From: Eledone cirrhosa
Taxonomy: Eukaryota
Reading direction: 5' to 3'
DNA: 64,000 bases
Assembly: GCA_964016885.1 (NCBI GenBank)
Contig: OZ024753.1
Location: forward strand, 33,108,001 to 33,172,000
The notes beneath the pieces were generated by a model. It did not search any database. It saw only the letters and a list, made by a program, of their open reading frames with translations, and had not been told where the DNA came from. Positions 25,951-40,388 of this stretch are shown here, piece by piece. Position 1 is the first letter of the stretch. Every line of letters starts with the position of its first letter. The translations under genes were made by a program, and so were the position numbers.

Positions 25951-26426
25951 TGATTTATATATATATTCTATACATTCTCACACCAAAGTGGAGAATTATA
26001 ATAATGATTGTAAATTTTCTTACATTACTGATTAGCAATTTATATGATATTAATTTTTACTATCTTAAACATCTAATTAATTATGAATAATGATGGTATC
26101 AGAAAACCCTAATTTGACTTCCTCAACAAATCTTTCAAGAACAGTCAATTATAACATCACCACCATGTTGCTACATATATAGCCTGGTCTGACAAACAGC
26201 ATATAACTATCGCCTTCATATTGGTGTCAGACCTTTATAAAAGAGTTAGTATTGTTGGGTGCTATTGTGTTGTTCAGCCCTAATTAGTAATGATTGCGTA
26301 GATGTATGATGAAAGACATTCTATCTGTGATTATCTATTCTATTTTCTAGAAACAGTAGTTTTTTAAAATGATTGGTGTTATTTTTGGTGTTGCAATTGT
26401 TTAGCCCCAAATGCCCTTGGGTGGTA

Positions 26427-26467
<41 letters not shown>

Positions 26468-26713
26468 GTGTATAGTATTCAGGTTTAGGTTTAGTTTCGA
26501 CACTTGTGAAACACAGACTTGAAAGTTATATCAGTAGCATTAAAGACAAATAAATCAATAGAAAAAGTTTATAAATTCTCGGTGACGAAATAAACCACAC
26601 TCGTATGTTTCTGTGTATCCAAGCCTTACTTGCAGGAAAAGTGAATGTTAAACAATTATATATATATATATATAAAAAAATACATACATACATATACATT
26701 TATACCTATGTAT

Positions 26714-26753
<40 letters not shown>

Positions 26754-27560
26754 TATCACAACATCTATTATCAAACTGTCCATTCATGACAAATATTTAA
26801 GTATTACAGTTTCCGGAATTATTATCTAGTGCAGAGGAAAATATATGTTCAGTGAGGAGACTAAAAATAAAATGATAGGAAAAATAATGGTTAAAAATGG
26901 TAGTGTGTAGTTTCACAATGGTGTGTATTTAATATAGTTAATTATCTAAGGAAGATCTAAAAAAAGTTAATTCAGATTTCAGAACTGCTGAGTCCTTGCT
27001 GACAGAGTAACACACATTTCTGATTTATCACATCCCATTTTATATGCTAACATCATCCAGATGTCACTACAAGGTGATTATTGTGATAAGAAGAAGGTAA
27101 AAGAGAAATATATTCATACACAGACAAGTGTACGCGCACACACACAAGATGAAACATATATATGGACGAAATCTATAAGTATGGTGATAACGATAAAGAA
27201 GAGAAAAAGTGAGAGCAACACAGAAATAAATTCATACAGACACAAAAACAAACACACACACATATACATACACACACATATGTATATAAAAGCTTACAAG
27301 TAAGAGTAGGAAATTCGTCAAAGACACATAATGAGAATATAAAACCAAACCAATATATAAGAGAAGCAGCTGGCTTTCCTTTTGTATATTAGAAGACATG
27401 TGGAAGTGAGAGAAGTCAGCCTGTTAGTCTGAAAATGTTATCAGTGTGCTCTGCTTGCAACAGGATTGTTTGTGAAGATGTGACAATACAAATACATAAT
27501 TCATACTAAGAGTATGAGAAAATGAACATGGAAATTATTGTCACAAAGAAATCAGACATT

Positions 27561-27674
27561 ATTCGATAGTTTGTGTAGATCAATGCAATGAAAGTTTATA
27601 AAATATATATGTATACATTCGATAGTTTGTGTAGATCAATGCAATGAAAGTTTATATAATATATATGTATACAT
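27561..27674. repeat. Tandem duplication of a ~57-bp unit
   Basis: ATTCGATAGTTTGTGTAGATCAATGCAATGAAAGTTTATA..GTATAC occurs twice. Confidence 0.9.
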
Positions 27675-28533
27675 TCTTTTATCTTTTTACTCTTTAGCTG
27701 GTTTCAGTCATTAGACTGCAACCATACTGGGACACTGGCTTGATTTAGTTCATCTAAGTAACCACAGTAGTTATGTCAAGTTTCATAGACATTTTATCAA
27801 ACTGCTAGGTTATGGGACACAAACAAAAACACAGTCAAAAACATAAACATGGGTGTACACAAACTAACCCATTCTAGCGTGGAAAAATAGATATTAAACA
27901 ATGATGATTATATATAAGATGGGCTTCTACAGTTTCTTTCCAGGGACTATGTTGAAAATTAAACCTCATTTGGTCATTCCATAAGAATATATTGGTCAGC
28001 CTATGAACTTTTCAGCCGGCTCTTGTACTATGTTGACACAACAATTAGCACTACCTCAACCTTCTACCACGAACTGACAAAGAGCATATTTAAGAATGAC
28101 CAACAAATAGAACAGCTCATTTTGCCACCACCACCTGAATTACAGTATATTATTATCAAATTATATCTTAAAATTAACGAATAGGGGAAGAAATACAAAG
28201 GTTACATGTTGAATTACAGACAAAGCACCAATGTTTAGAAATAGTTCTAAGAATTGCAAACACTGTAACACCAAAACGCTGCATAGTATCTACCATGCCA
28301 CTCAAAACCCAAATGAAAAATCCAGTCATATCTGAACTACTCAGCATATGCAAAAGTCTCTGCTGATTAACTTTGAAGGAAAACAAATTTAGCCTCATGA
28401 TAAGTAAACTACATGGTAAATTATAGGCTTTCTTCTATCCAATTACATTTAGAAGGCTTGGGTCAAAACATCTGTGGAAGCAAAACACACATACAACATA
28501 TATATATATGTGTGTGTAATAAAATATATATGT

Positions 28534-28571
<38 letters not shown>

Positions 28572-31500
28572 TCGTGTGTGTATACATGTCTTTATACGCA
28601 TATTTTTCATGGAAAACAGACATTGAATGATGATAATATATATATTCTTATGTAGGTGATTTTATTGATAAGGATGTCTTTCTGTTCAAATAAACGACGT
28701 GGCAAATCCTAGGCAAAGTTTACTTTGGAAAACAGTAATCCTGTTTTGTACACAGCCATAAATTTAAACCCAAGGCAGAAGAAGTATGCCAACTTGTTAA
28801 TCGCGTTACATTTTCTTACAACGGATTTCTTATTGCTCAACTACTCTTCAACTAGAAAAAAAGAAATATTACAGATAAAATAGAAATCATTTAGTTTATA
28901 TTTACATATATATACATGTGTGTGCGAGTGTGCGTGTGTATATATATATATATATGTATGTATAAGTATATATATGTGTGTGAGTGTGTGTAAACATATA
29001 TAAGATGTGTGAGTGTGTATTTAATCTGGGTATTAATCAGTTCTGTATTCAAAGAAACATCAGTGATGTTTGACATAAAAGTTCTTAGTTTTATATAATC
29101 AGGTTTGTAAATCTTAACTTTTCTCTTCACAAGATTTTGAGTTGAGCTGACTGGTTTTAATTGGAAGAATTCATACATACTAGCTTCTTTCTATTTTACA
29201 GCAGAAGAAATAATATTAAATACATTTTCTGTGACATGAAAAGAATATAAAAACGAAAAATTATTTCAATTTCTACAAATGTGGTCATAATTATTGCTGA
29301 AGAGTTCTAGTTTACTTTTTATCATAGTTTAGAAATTCATTATCGTGGGTCATGGGTAACTAGATTTTAGTTTGAGATCTTGGTTATTTTTCCATTGCCC
29401 AATTTATGTGGAATTCACATACCAATACTATCACAAAACAAATATAACACCACAAAGGCATTTAAGTCTGTTTTCCTTACTAAAGCAAAGATTATTAATT
29501 GCAGTTAAAAACTTTATTGGGAATGTCAAAAGTTAATTCTTTCTGATGCTATCAATATCTTAAATTAATTCATTAGGTGTTTAAGATAATATAAATTGAT
29601 ATCGTGTGAATTGTTAATTAATAATGTACGAAAATTCCTAATCCCTATCATAATTTTCTCCCCACCTCTTAAAATGATAAGAATATATATTTATTGATAC
29701 AATAAACACACTTAATTATAACGGCGGTATTTAAGTAGACAGACACATACATACATTATAGGAATAATGTTAATTATAAATACTATATTTATAAGCTATA
29801 AAACAACACTGACATGAGTTTAAAGGCTATTTTCCCTAATAAAACTAATCCCAAGAAAGGCTTCATGCTCATCATGGGGTTCATTTTGAAGCAACATTTT
29901 ACAGCTGGATGCTCTTCCTATTCTAACCCAGCTAAACAGCATAAACATTATTTCAAATATATATCATCATTAAGGGAATATGAAAACAAAAATGTAATAT
30001 TAATCTAATGTTTCAGTTGTATTCTTTTGGCAAGTGACTATTCACAATGATCTTCTATCCTGTAGTAAAAACACTAGAAACATTTGAATTACAAAACACA
30101 TTTTTAGGTATTTTCTGCCAAATCATTACAGGATGTTTTTTTTTTGTTTTATTTTTGTATTTTTTTTTTAGGCAATCAATGGTAATTTGTTCAAAATTAT
30201 TGAATTTTCACAAAATTACAGCTTAGTAAATATGCCATACATTCAATGATGCATAATATCCCAGTGGAATGAACCATAGAGGATACACTGAATTTTTGGA
30301 GCAGTAGGGTATATATAACTGAGAGACCAGCTTTGCAAGCATTGCTGATTGTCAACATCTAATTAACTTAAGATGACAGTTTATATAGTTTGGAAGTGGT
30401 TGCTTTAATTACATATTGGTGTTAGTTAAATAATTGTCAGAAATTTCATTTTAAGCACTACAGGGAAACTAAAATTTCACTTGAGTGAATTTTGATTCCA
30501 CTGCCTAAAATTGCCTCTGGTTATATAATACAAAACTATCTGTTTTAAACTTCTTATCTAAATATATGTAAGAGCCTTTTTTAAGTTGTTCCAGATATGA
30601 AAGAATGAATTATTTTACAAAATGATTTGAAAATCAGAGGCAAGAACTAAAAGGCAGACTTTAGGATTGATTCTGCAGATATAAATTGACTTTTTTTAGA
30701 AACAGGAATAGTGTCTCCCTTTTAAGGAAAGTTATTTTAGTTGCATGCATCATTCAACACTTATTAGCCCTTATTAATCTTATTACGGTGTCTATATTTG
30801 TTCCCAATTTTCCTCTATATTAATTGTGTAATATGTAACGTACTATACCGAGGCTATTGATAGATTTATAATTAACAACCGTATCTCCTCAGATCTATAA
30901 ACCAATCAATGATTATTGCATGAACACTATTTTTGATACTTTGCTGCAATTGCTTTAGCAAATAACCAATCAATTGATTAGGCTTTGTTATCATATATGA
31001 GATCAATCATCTTAATAATTATCATCTTAATAGTAATAATGATAAATATTTTTCAATTTTCCTATCTCTTTTATAGAAGTTGTTTTGCATTAATTTCCTT
31101 TACCTTGCAGGCAATTAATAAAAATGAAAAATTATAATCATTCCAAATTAAATATATGCCATTTTGTTTTTGATATATTTCAAATTTACAGAGTAAATAT
31201 CTTTGGAAGAGAAATATTAAACTTTGTGATATTATAATCATTAGAGGTAAAACAAAATTTAAAAATTGAATGCTAAAATGTGCTATAAGGTAATGTTATA
31301 TTGTAATTTTTAAATTTAACTTTTTTTTTTAATTAGTGGAAAATAAAGTTAATAACTTTAAATGACAATGACTTCTTGTTTCAGTAGAAAGTTTTTGTAT
31401 TCAACTCTAAAATGAGTAACTATATTTTCTTTAATGAAAGACATGATAAAACCCTTCAAAACACCAGATTATTGGTGAGAAAATTAGCTGTATAACTACA

Positions 31501-32220
31501 TCACTCCAAATTCTGGACTATTTTGAAAATTATAGGCAGTGTCTTTCATTCGAAATATGGTAATGAAAAGATAAAAGGATAATCAGCAGACTTGATAAGT
31601 CTCTCTCTCTGCTCCGCACCCAGTTTGATGGTCATCTCTGAATGATAAACATCCATATATGTTATATCATGTCATACATCCATCCATACATATATTAAGT
31701 TGAAATGCAGTTGATGTAAGTGAAGACTATATTTCTGCTTAATTCATATAATTAGATGCTCATTTTTTAATTGGTTATTAAATGTGTTGACCAAATCAAT
31801 CTTATTCATACATATTCTCACAAAGACCTTTTCAAAATGAGATCAATTCTGACTTCAAACAGAAATCAGAACAGTGTCTCAGAACATTATCAGACAAATA
31901 AGAAAATACTTGCCAGCGACTTACATCACAGTAGTAGTTGTAGTAGCAGTAACTGTACTACTACCACTGGTGGTGGTTATTATAATTGCTCAGCAAAGGC
32001 CAAGAAAAATATATACAACCAAATGCTATTGCAAGTGTATGTGTGTACAAATGAATGAAAAGAGCACACACTGCATAACATTGACATAAAATAATGTAAA
32101 TATATATACGCAAGTGTGTGTGTGTAACATATGACATTTGGCATTATATACATATATATAAGACAAAAGTCATACACACGCATTTTATATATATATATAT
32201 ATACATACATACATACATAC

Positions 32221-33143
32221 TCTGAAAGTACTGTAGCTAGAGTCAGAACTGGTTGGAAAAAGTTCAGAGAGCTTATACCACTATTAGCTGCTAAAGGGTT
32301 CTCCCTAAAAATGAAAGGCAGGTTGTACGATGCCTGCATACGAACAGCAATGTTGCATGGCAGTGAGACCTGGGCATTGTGTGCAGAGGATATACGCAGA
32401 CTAGAGAGGAACGAAGCTTGCATGCTCCGCTGGATGTGTAACAGTAATATACGTGAACGGCAAAGCATAAATGAACTAAGGAAAAAATTAGAGATAAGAG
32501 GGATCAGATGTTGTTTACTCGAGAGAAGGCTACGTTGGTATGGACACGTGATGCGCATGAAAGTCGATAGCTGTATAACAAAGTGCAGGGCAATAAAGAT
32601 AGACGGTAGTCACGGAATAGGCAGACCTAGAAAAACCTGGGACGAGCTGATAAACTCCGACATCACACACTTACACCTCTCCAAGACAATGTCACTGGAC
32701 CGAGACCTTTGGCGGTACTCAGTAACAGAGAAGACCCGCCTTACCTAAATATATAGTAAAACCTACTCCAGCCAGTAGGCATCTCTAACAAAATACACCC
32801 CGTCCCACCACCACCACCCCATCCACACCACCCCGTTCTATGTAAAGTTATGTTGGTGCCGCGCCATCCAGGCCGAAACAAATGAGATCGTGTAGGTGTC
32901 ACGACAAAAAAAAACACACAGTCCACGCTGTAATGTGGCCGTGTAGGCAACACGGTAAAAACCTCCCAGACCCACACTGTAAATGTGGTTGGTGTTAGGA
33001 AGGGCATCCAACTGTAGAAAACCTGCCAGACAGTCCTATGCGAGCAAGACAATCACTCTTGCCTCAAGTGGGACTACCCCCGTCCAAACCCATGCAAGCG
33101 TGGAACACGGACGTTAAACGTTGATGATGATGATGATGATGAT
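32221..33143 (+). mobile_element. 5'-truncated RTE LINE with uninterrupted C-terminal ORF (32221-32748), 3'UTR and (GAT)n tail
   Basis: ARVRTGWKKFREL..KGRLYDACIRTAMLHGSETW..ERRLRWYGHVMR..GRPRKTWDE..DRDLWR; inserted in (ATAC)n. Confidence 0.93.
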
Positions 33144-34269
33144 ACATACATACACACAAGACAAAATTCATACACATTTTTTTTTTTTATATGTGTGTAT
33201 ATATAGTTGGTTGGTGTGTAACAAAGTGCCATAATATATTTCCTCTTCAGAAGACACTAGACTATAATTCCATATTTATCCTTTTAGAAACAAAATTTAC
33301 TCTATGTGTAATGTAGCTTTTCTGTTCAATTTTTTATTCTTCCTACATTCATGATGAAAAAAAAAATTCTCATATCAAGCAGGGAAGCGAAAAGAGAAGG
33401 ATTAATAACAACAACAAAGGATTATAACAACTCAAATTATATTTACTATAAATTATAAAAATGATACCTATTCAAAATATGCGAATATATAAATACATAT
33501 GTGTGTGTGCACACGTGCAGGTGTGTGTGGGTGTGTTTGACTTTATACAGTAATATATACAAAAACACAAATTGATACACACAATCACACCATACACAGA
33601 GAGAAATATCTGTGTGTTTATACACACACACATATATATACATACATACGTACACACATACATACAGTGAGAGGGAGAGAGAGGCAGAAGTGAAAAAGGG
33701 AAAGAAAATGTACAGATAGGTAGATAACTTCCCAAGAATATAGTTTCAATAAATGTTTTTTCACTCTTTTTATTTTGTTTAGTGCTAATATTTATTTTTT
33801 ATTGTCAGATGAAAATATATTCCAATTTTGTTCACCTTTTGCTGTAACACTGCAATGTTTTATTTTATTTTAATGAAACTTTACTTCAAGTTAAAGGACA
33901 AATCTGGAGTGGAATACTTACACTAGATATATATATATATCATCCAATATATATATATATCTATATATATATATATATTACATATTTTACATTATCTATG
34001 TGTGTGTATGTTGTCAGATGAAAACATATTCTTGGTTTTCAATTCATGCTCCTCTAATATGATGTTCTTTTATTTTGTTTCGAGATAAACGAGAAACTTG
34101 GAATGGAATTCATACACTAGAAACCCCCACCACACATACATACATACATACATATGTGTACAATAATAGCAAAACTATACTACAATACATATACTGAAAA
34201 ATCTAATATTAACAATATCAAAACCTAATATCTCAAGGACTAATCCGATTATGGCCTCTCTGTGTGCGA

Positions 34270-34593
34270 TTGTGTGTGTATATATGTACACACACTCACA
34301 TATATATACGCACACACACATAAATACATATATATACACATATGCATATATATACACACACATATATATACCCACACACACACATAAATACATAAATATA
34401 TATATACTCACACACACACATAAATACATATATATACATATGCATATATAAATACATATATATACACATATATATACACACACACACATACACACATATA
34501 TATATACACACATATATACACACATACACATACATATATATACACATGTATATATACACACACAAATACATATATATACACATGCATATATAC

Positions 34594-34628
<35 letters not shown>

Positions 34629-34865
34629 TAAATACATATATATACACATATGCATATATACATATATATATATACACACATACACACACACACATAAATA
34701 CATATATATACACATATGCATATATACATATATACACACGTATATATATACACACACACACACATAAATACATATATATATATATACACATATGCATCTA
34801 CATACATATATATATATATACATACACACACCCACATATATAATACACGCACGCACACACACATT
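34270..34865. repeat. Compound (TA)/(CA) microsatellite with higher-order units
   Basis: Recurrent CACACATAAATACATATATATACACATATGCATATATA blocks. Confidence 0.95.
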
Positions 34866-35198
34866 TCCAGGATAGAGTCCATATCCAGTATTCTGCTATA
34901 GTTTTGCAATGAATCTGATGTGATGCTAACCATGCTTTCACACTCCAATCTTTGGATACCCCAGGAACAACGTTGATGCGTCCTCTTCTGGATGACATAC
35001 ACAATGTCACTACTGGCTTGTTTTTTCCTAAATATTATCTAAACACTCAACACAAAGGATTTGAAACAATCCCAAAGTCTTAACTAATGTGGTATATTAC
35101 TTCTTATTCTAGTCTGGAAGAAAAGATATAACCACTTTGATAGCAATACACTACAAACGCCCATAGTTATGAAACAAAACTTATATTAAAGGTTCTTT

Positions 35199-35420
35199 CA
35201 TCATCATCATCATCATCGTTTAACGTCCCTGTTCCACACTTGCATGGGTTTGGACGGGGGTTTTCCCACTTGAGGCAAGAGTGGTTGTCTTGCTCGCATA
35301 GGACTGTCTGGCGGGTTTTCTACAGCTGGATGCCCTTCCTAACACCAACCACATTTACAGTGTGGGGCTGGGAGGTTTTTACCGTGTTGCCCACACGGCC
35401 ACGTTACAGCGTGGACTGTA
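35199..35420 (-). mobile_element. RTE LINE 3'UTR-only insertion with TSD
   Basis: Reverse complement of 32920-33143; flanked by ATATTAAAGGTTCTTT / ATATTGAACGTTCTTT. Confidence 0.9.
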
Positions 35421-35617
35421 ATATTGAACGTTCTTTACTTAAATTAAAACCTTGCACCATTATATATGTGTGTATATATATATATATTACTTATTCTTAT
35501 TCTAGTCTGGAAGAAAAGATATAACCACTTTGATAGCAATACACTACAAACGCCCATAGTTATGAAACAAAACTTATATTAAAGGTTCTTTACTTAAATT
35601 AAAACCTTGCACCATTA

Positions 35618-35669
<52 letters not shown>

Positions 35670-35799
35670 ATTTAGCTTCAGGCATAGCTGTATACAGATA
35701 TGTATAGAAATTTCGTATTTCTAAAGAATGTTTTTAAAGTATATTTACCTGTAAACATAGTGTTTCTTCAAAAATGCGAAATTTATATATATATATAAA

Positions 35800-35937
35800 A
35801 CGAAGGAGGTGTGGTAAGGAACCAGAGTACTCAATACTTAGGGTAGTAGAGTGGGTAATAGGGAAAAGTTTAACCCCGACGGCAGAGCTCAAGCCGTTTC
35901 GTCAGCTATATCTGGACTCCGGGGTTAAACTTTTTCA
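35800..35937 (-). mobile_element. Family-A fold-back fragment
   Basis: GTGGTAAGGAACCAGAGTACTCAATACTTAGGGTAGTAGAGTGGG..CCCCGACGGCAGAGCTCAAGCCGTTTC; short inverted arm CGGGGTTAAACTTTT; flanked by TA repeats. Confidence 0.8.
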
Positions 35938-36688
35938 TATATATATATATATGAAAAAGTGAGTCCTTCATCAGTGACCCTCCAACCGTCCTCGGCATTT
36001 CATCGCTTTAAGGGCCATATGCCTCAGGTTGGTGCGAACAACGGCTAAAAAAAGTCGTTGGGACACGTAAATAAAGGGGGACGCTAGAGTAACAACAAAA
36101 AGGTTTAAGCAACGGAATATATATACACATACACATATATATGTATATAGAGATTTAAAAACATTTTGTTATGCTACAAATGTAAATGGTACTGAAAGGG
36201 TTGCAGAATATTATGATGATTCATTTTTGTCAATGTTCTGCCTCGTCTTATTTATTCTATCTGCTTTGGTAATAGAAGCCAAAGATTAACTGGAATCGCT
36301 AGAGAAAATGTTTAAATTATTTGTGATCCAATATTGCAACATTTTCCCAAACGTAACAGTAGAAAATTCCTTGAAATTCAATAGGAGTTGACGGGTTTCC
36401 TTAGGCTAAATAATTCTGCAGTAGCTAGTGGTGTAACAGAAAACCTATGTTGAATCTTTCAAATTCTTATGTTTGTCTTACTATTCAATTAAATTCATAT
36501 AATACAATATGTTAAATATTTTGCACAATATTCACCAATATTCTCTTCAGTTACTGTGGAATTAGCTATTTTGTATATTTATCATTGTCTTTTAACTAGG
36601 AACTGTAATAACACTTTCTTCCAAAATTATGACAGACAAAATGTCTTTTTACTATTGAGTATAAACTATAAGAGAATAAACAATGAAC

Positions 36689-36914
36689 AAACCCTTTAGC
36701 ATTTACGTTACTCTATATTTATTATTATATTTTCATGGTAAGGGCTTTATCTCACATAATTATCCCACATAATATCAAATCTATGAGATTTTGATATTTA
36801 TTTTGAGAACAATACCTTAATATCAGTATAAGCAGTAGGTTACAACCGGTTTGAACAGAAAGAGTTGAGAGAATTCAGGCCGGATATGGCCAATTTAAAT
36901 GCTAAAAGAGTTAA
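36689..36914. mobile_element. piggyBac-type MITE P1
   Basis: Homologous to 265-478; AACCCTTTAGCATTT..AAATGCTAAAAGAGTTAA. Confidence 0.8.
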
Positions 36915-37914
36915 CAGAATCATGAGAATGATACATAGATAAAATATCAATCCAGTATTTGGTGAGGGTGGGGTGTAGTAATTCTCTCTCACTTTCTCTC
37001 AGGCAGAAATCAGCCATGTTCAGACCAGGAGAAGGATGGACACCTCCAGATCTAAAATTTACCTATGACTCCATCAGAAGTTCGAAGCTCATAGATGCAT
37101 GGTTAGGATTGCAAAATGCATATAATTTTTTTTTTTTAATTCTTTTAATAATTCCAGTCATTAGATTGCAGTCAAACTGCAACATGGCTTCCAAGTCATT
37201 TAGTCAATTAAATTGAACATTAATGCTTATTTCTTTCAACCCATTTTGAATCATTTTTTATATTTGTTGAACTGCTAGAAAATTTACATTGAAGCATCAT
37301 GTACATGTTATGTGTTTTCTTTGTAAAGTTTCCTTGATTAGATATTAGAAGAGCCATTTTCAGAATAAACTATGAACAAAGAAATCCAACACATTTATTC
37401 TTCAAAGATCTTCAGAATTGTGCTGCTTCTATAATCAACACTAATAAGGTGTGTAGATTGTATTTTAGAGATATAATAGCTGTTAAAGTTAGAGATGAAG
37501 TAAAAACTGCTTAAATAATCTTTGTTTGATGCAGAGTAAGGGCAATTATATATGTAAAAAGTCAATTTGACTTACCAGAAACTTCTTTTATTATCACTAC
37601 AATGACATAATGCTATTCACATATAAAATACCTGTCTCAAATAAATATAAATTAAATGGCCAACTTTAGCATCTCTTTTGTTGCATCAATTTGCAGAAAG
37701 AAATTACATCAATGTTGGTCAAAATAGAATCTAAAATAACGAAGGGAAACCTCACAGCCAAATAGCAGATATTTTAAAGTTTACAATCTATACAACTAAG
37801 AATAACTTTTTAGTTATTGAGGTAAAAAGTAATCTCCCCCAACAAAAAAAAACAACTAATGAACATTCTTGTGCAAATAAAACAAATATAAATGGAGAGA
37901 AGTAGATAAAAAGA

Positions 37915-37950
<36 letters not shown>

Positions 37951-38069
37951 TCATATATACACACATATGTATATACATTTACACACACAATATATATATA
38001 TATACATTTAAACACACATGCATATATGTGTGTATTTACACACAGTTTTATAAATACATTTACACATGC

Positions 38070-38100
<31 letters not shown>

Positions 38101-38694
38101 CAAATGACAGAAAAATGAAAAAATATTGAGATACTCAGCTTTCAATTTTGAGTTAAGTGCTTTTAAAATGCATTTAACATTACCTGAGAGTGATTTCTGA
38201 TTTTTATATATATTTTGTTATTTATCACCATTTTTGATGGTAATACCAACATCATCATCATCACCTCTATCACCATTACAGGCATCATCATAATTGTCAT
38301 CCCTATACGTTTTTTACTTTATTTTTAAGCTTTCGAATCAATTATTAGCATTAGGTGTCCTGCTAAGAACCTATGAAGAATCTTACCTTTCCTACAGTGA
38401 AAGGTAAATCTAATGAAACTAAAAGACTCCTAAAAATCTTGATAGAAATGAAGTGATGAGATATCATTGCAGTGAATCTAAAGACTAGTTTCATCTCAAA
38501 TTGTTTTCAGAGATGGATGGTAAATAAAACCTATATTAAAAGATGTTTTACAATATGCCACTGTGGGATCAAACCCAAAACAATATGATTGCACAGAGAA
38601 CTCATCCATGTAGCTGCACTATTGACTATGCACCAAACCTTTTTATATATATTCTATTGTCTGTCTTAGCAACATCTCTATATATATATACTAT

Positions 38695-38863
38695 CAGTGC
38701 CGGATTTAGGACAAATGAGGCCCTTGCTAGCTAAGTTATGAGGCCCTTGTTAGCTAAATTATGAGGCCTTGAAAGAGGTAAAAAGATTTTCTGGCAGGAA
38801 GTGACAAGGCCAACAGGGCCATGTGCTTAAACCCACCTAAGCACAATGGTAAATCTAACACTG
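38695..38863. mobile_element. hAT-like MITE with internal ~23-bp tandem repeat
   Basis: CAGTGCCGGATTTA..TAAATCTAACACTG termini; ATGAGGCCCTTG(C/T)TAGCTAA(G/A)TT about 2.5 times. Confidence 0.55.
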
Positions 38864-40204
38864 TATTCTATGTTGCATCTTTTACCACCTTTTCGGCATA
38901 TATTGTGTTGACTCAGTCAACAACCTCTCTACATGAATTCTATTGTCTTAACAACTGCTACATGTATTGTGATGAGTGTTTTAACACCATGCTCTAGATA
39001 CTAGCTGAATTCCTACTAAATCATACACTGCCATTTTAAATGAAGGATAATTCATGCAGTCCTAGATATTCTATGCCTAATTATTTTCACAATTACTTAA
39101 GTATATGTCTTGCAAAATACGCGACAACCACACTAATATGGGTACCATAATAAAATGCAATTAGTACACACTGTTAGGTGGTCAGCATTAGGAAAGGTAT
39201 GGCAAATTTGAAACACATGAGCATGATGTAGTTCTCCAACTATTGTAGTCAGAGGACCTGTCTAACCAATGCCAACAGGTAAAAATCGACATGAAATGGT
39301 GATGATTACTTTACATTGAGTTGATATATTTAACTTGCCAAGTAACTGAATAAAACAAATCCAGTGAAATCACGAGAAACTTTTGACAATTTTACAGGGC
39401 ATTAGACAGATAACTCTGCTCTTATTTTGATCGATTTCTGACTTGAGATATCTTTTTATAACTAAATAAAGAACACAAAATCCTCAAAGTTAAGTTTTAA
39501 AGATGGCTATCTTTTACTAAGCTCTGATGATGGCTGATCCTATCACTTTAATGGCTGCCAGTAGCTCACACAATATGACAGTTTTTAGTGAAGCAGCACT
39601 AAAATCAAGTTTCAAAAGATTTTATTTCTTTGAAGAACCACCAATCAAGAATGAAAGATCAAGAAATTGACCCTATAAAGTTCATTTATCATAATGGTTC
39701 AGTTGATAGTAAAATAGTAAAATATGCAGTTTGGTTGAAAAGAGGAGAAATTAGTAAAAGTTGAAACTTTTTATTTTCACAAGATGATGCTAGTTTAAAA
39801 GAGCAACAGCAACAACAAAATCAATGAATATAAAGTTCAAACATGCTAAAAGGCTATAAATCAAGATCCATTTATGCTAATGAAACCAGAAAAAAAAATG
39901 AGCAAAGATATGTCCTAAAACTAAATTATTCCAACCAAAATATCAATAGAAATTGCTTTAAATTTTTGGAGAGAGCGACCCAGTGGCAGGAAAACATTTT
40001 TTAAAAAAAATTGATAACTGCAATGAATTATGTCTGTCTTATACAGCCTTAAAGAAGTTTTATTAAATATAGTTAAGTACAAGTAAGATATGCAATTATA
40101 TTTATTGTGAATATGTAATTGTGAATATGTAATTATGAATACTAAAAGTAAGAAATAAAATTGTAAAACTGACTTATTTAATGACTTGTGTATGTGTATG
40201 TATT

Positions 40205-40248
<44 letters not shown>

Positions 40249-40336
40249 TATATGTGTGGGTGTGAGTATCCTAGGTTCAATGAGGGGCAACCACAGTAAG
40301 TAAGCTACTCAATACAGAGAGTATATGCAATACAAG

Positions 40337-40388
40337 GGCTTTCCTGATGATTTCCTTTGAATGAAATGGCTCTAGTCCTGTAGAAGCC
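40337..40388 (+). ncRNA. Type-I hammerhead ribozyme motif, family B, inside element ~40262-40400
   Basis: GGCTTTC-CTGATGA-tTTC-cttt-GAAt-GAAA-tgg..ctg-TA-GAAGCC; stem I GGCTT/AAGCC; the copy at 25670 has the paired stem III ACAG/CTGT. Confidence 0.75.

Noticed and set aside
31980-32558. 192-aa minus-strand ORF
   Set aside because: Antisense shadow of the RTE ORF plus microsatellite
34175-35002. 275-aa and other C/V/Y/I-rich ORFs (also 12712, 46781-47421, 50900-51232 and others)
   Set aside because: Readings of (TA)n/(CA)n microsatellites
36980-37105. Possible exon after TTTCTCTCAG (QKSAMFRPGEGWTPPDLK..)
   Set aside because: Its reverse complement resembles 20778-20815, suggesting an old repeat; the donor is weak and I recognise no motif
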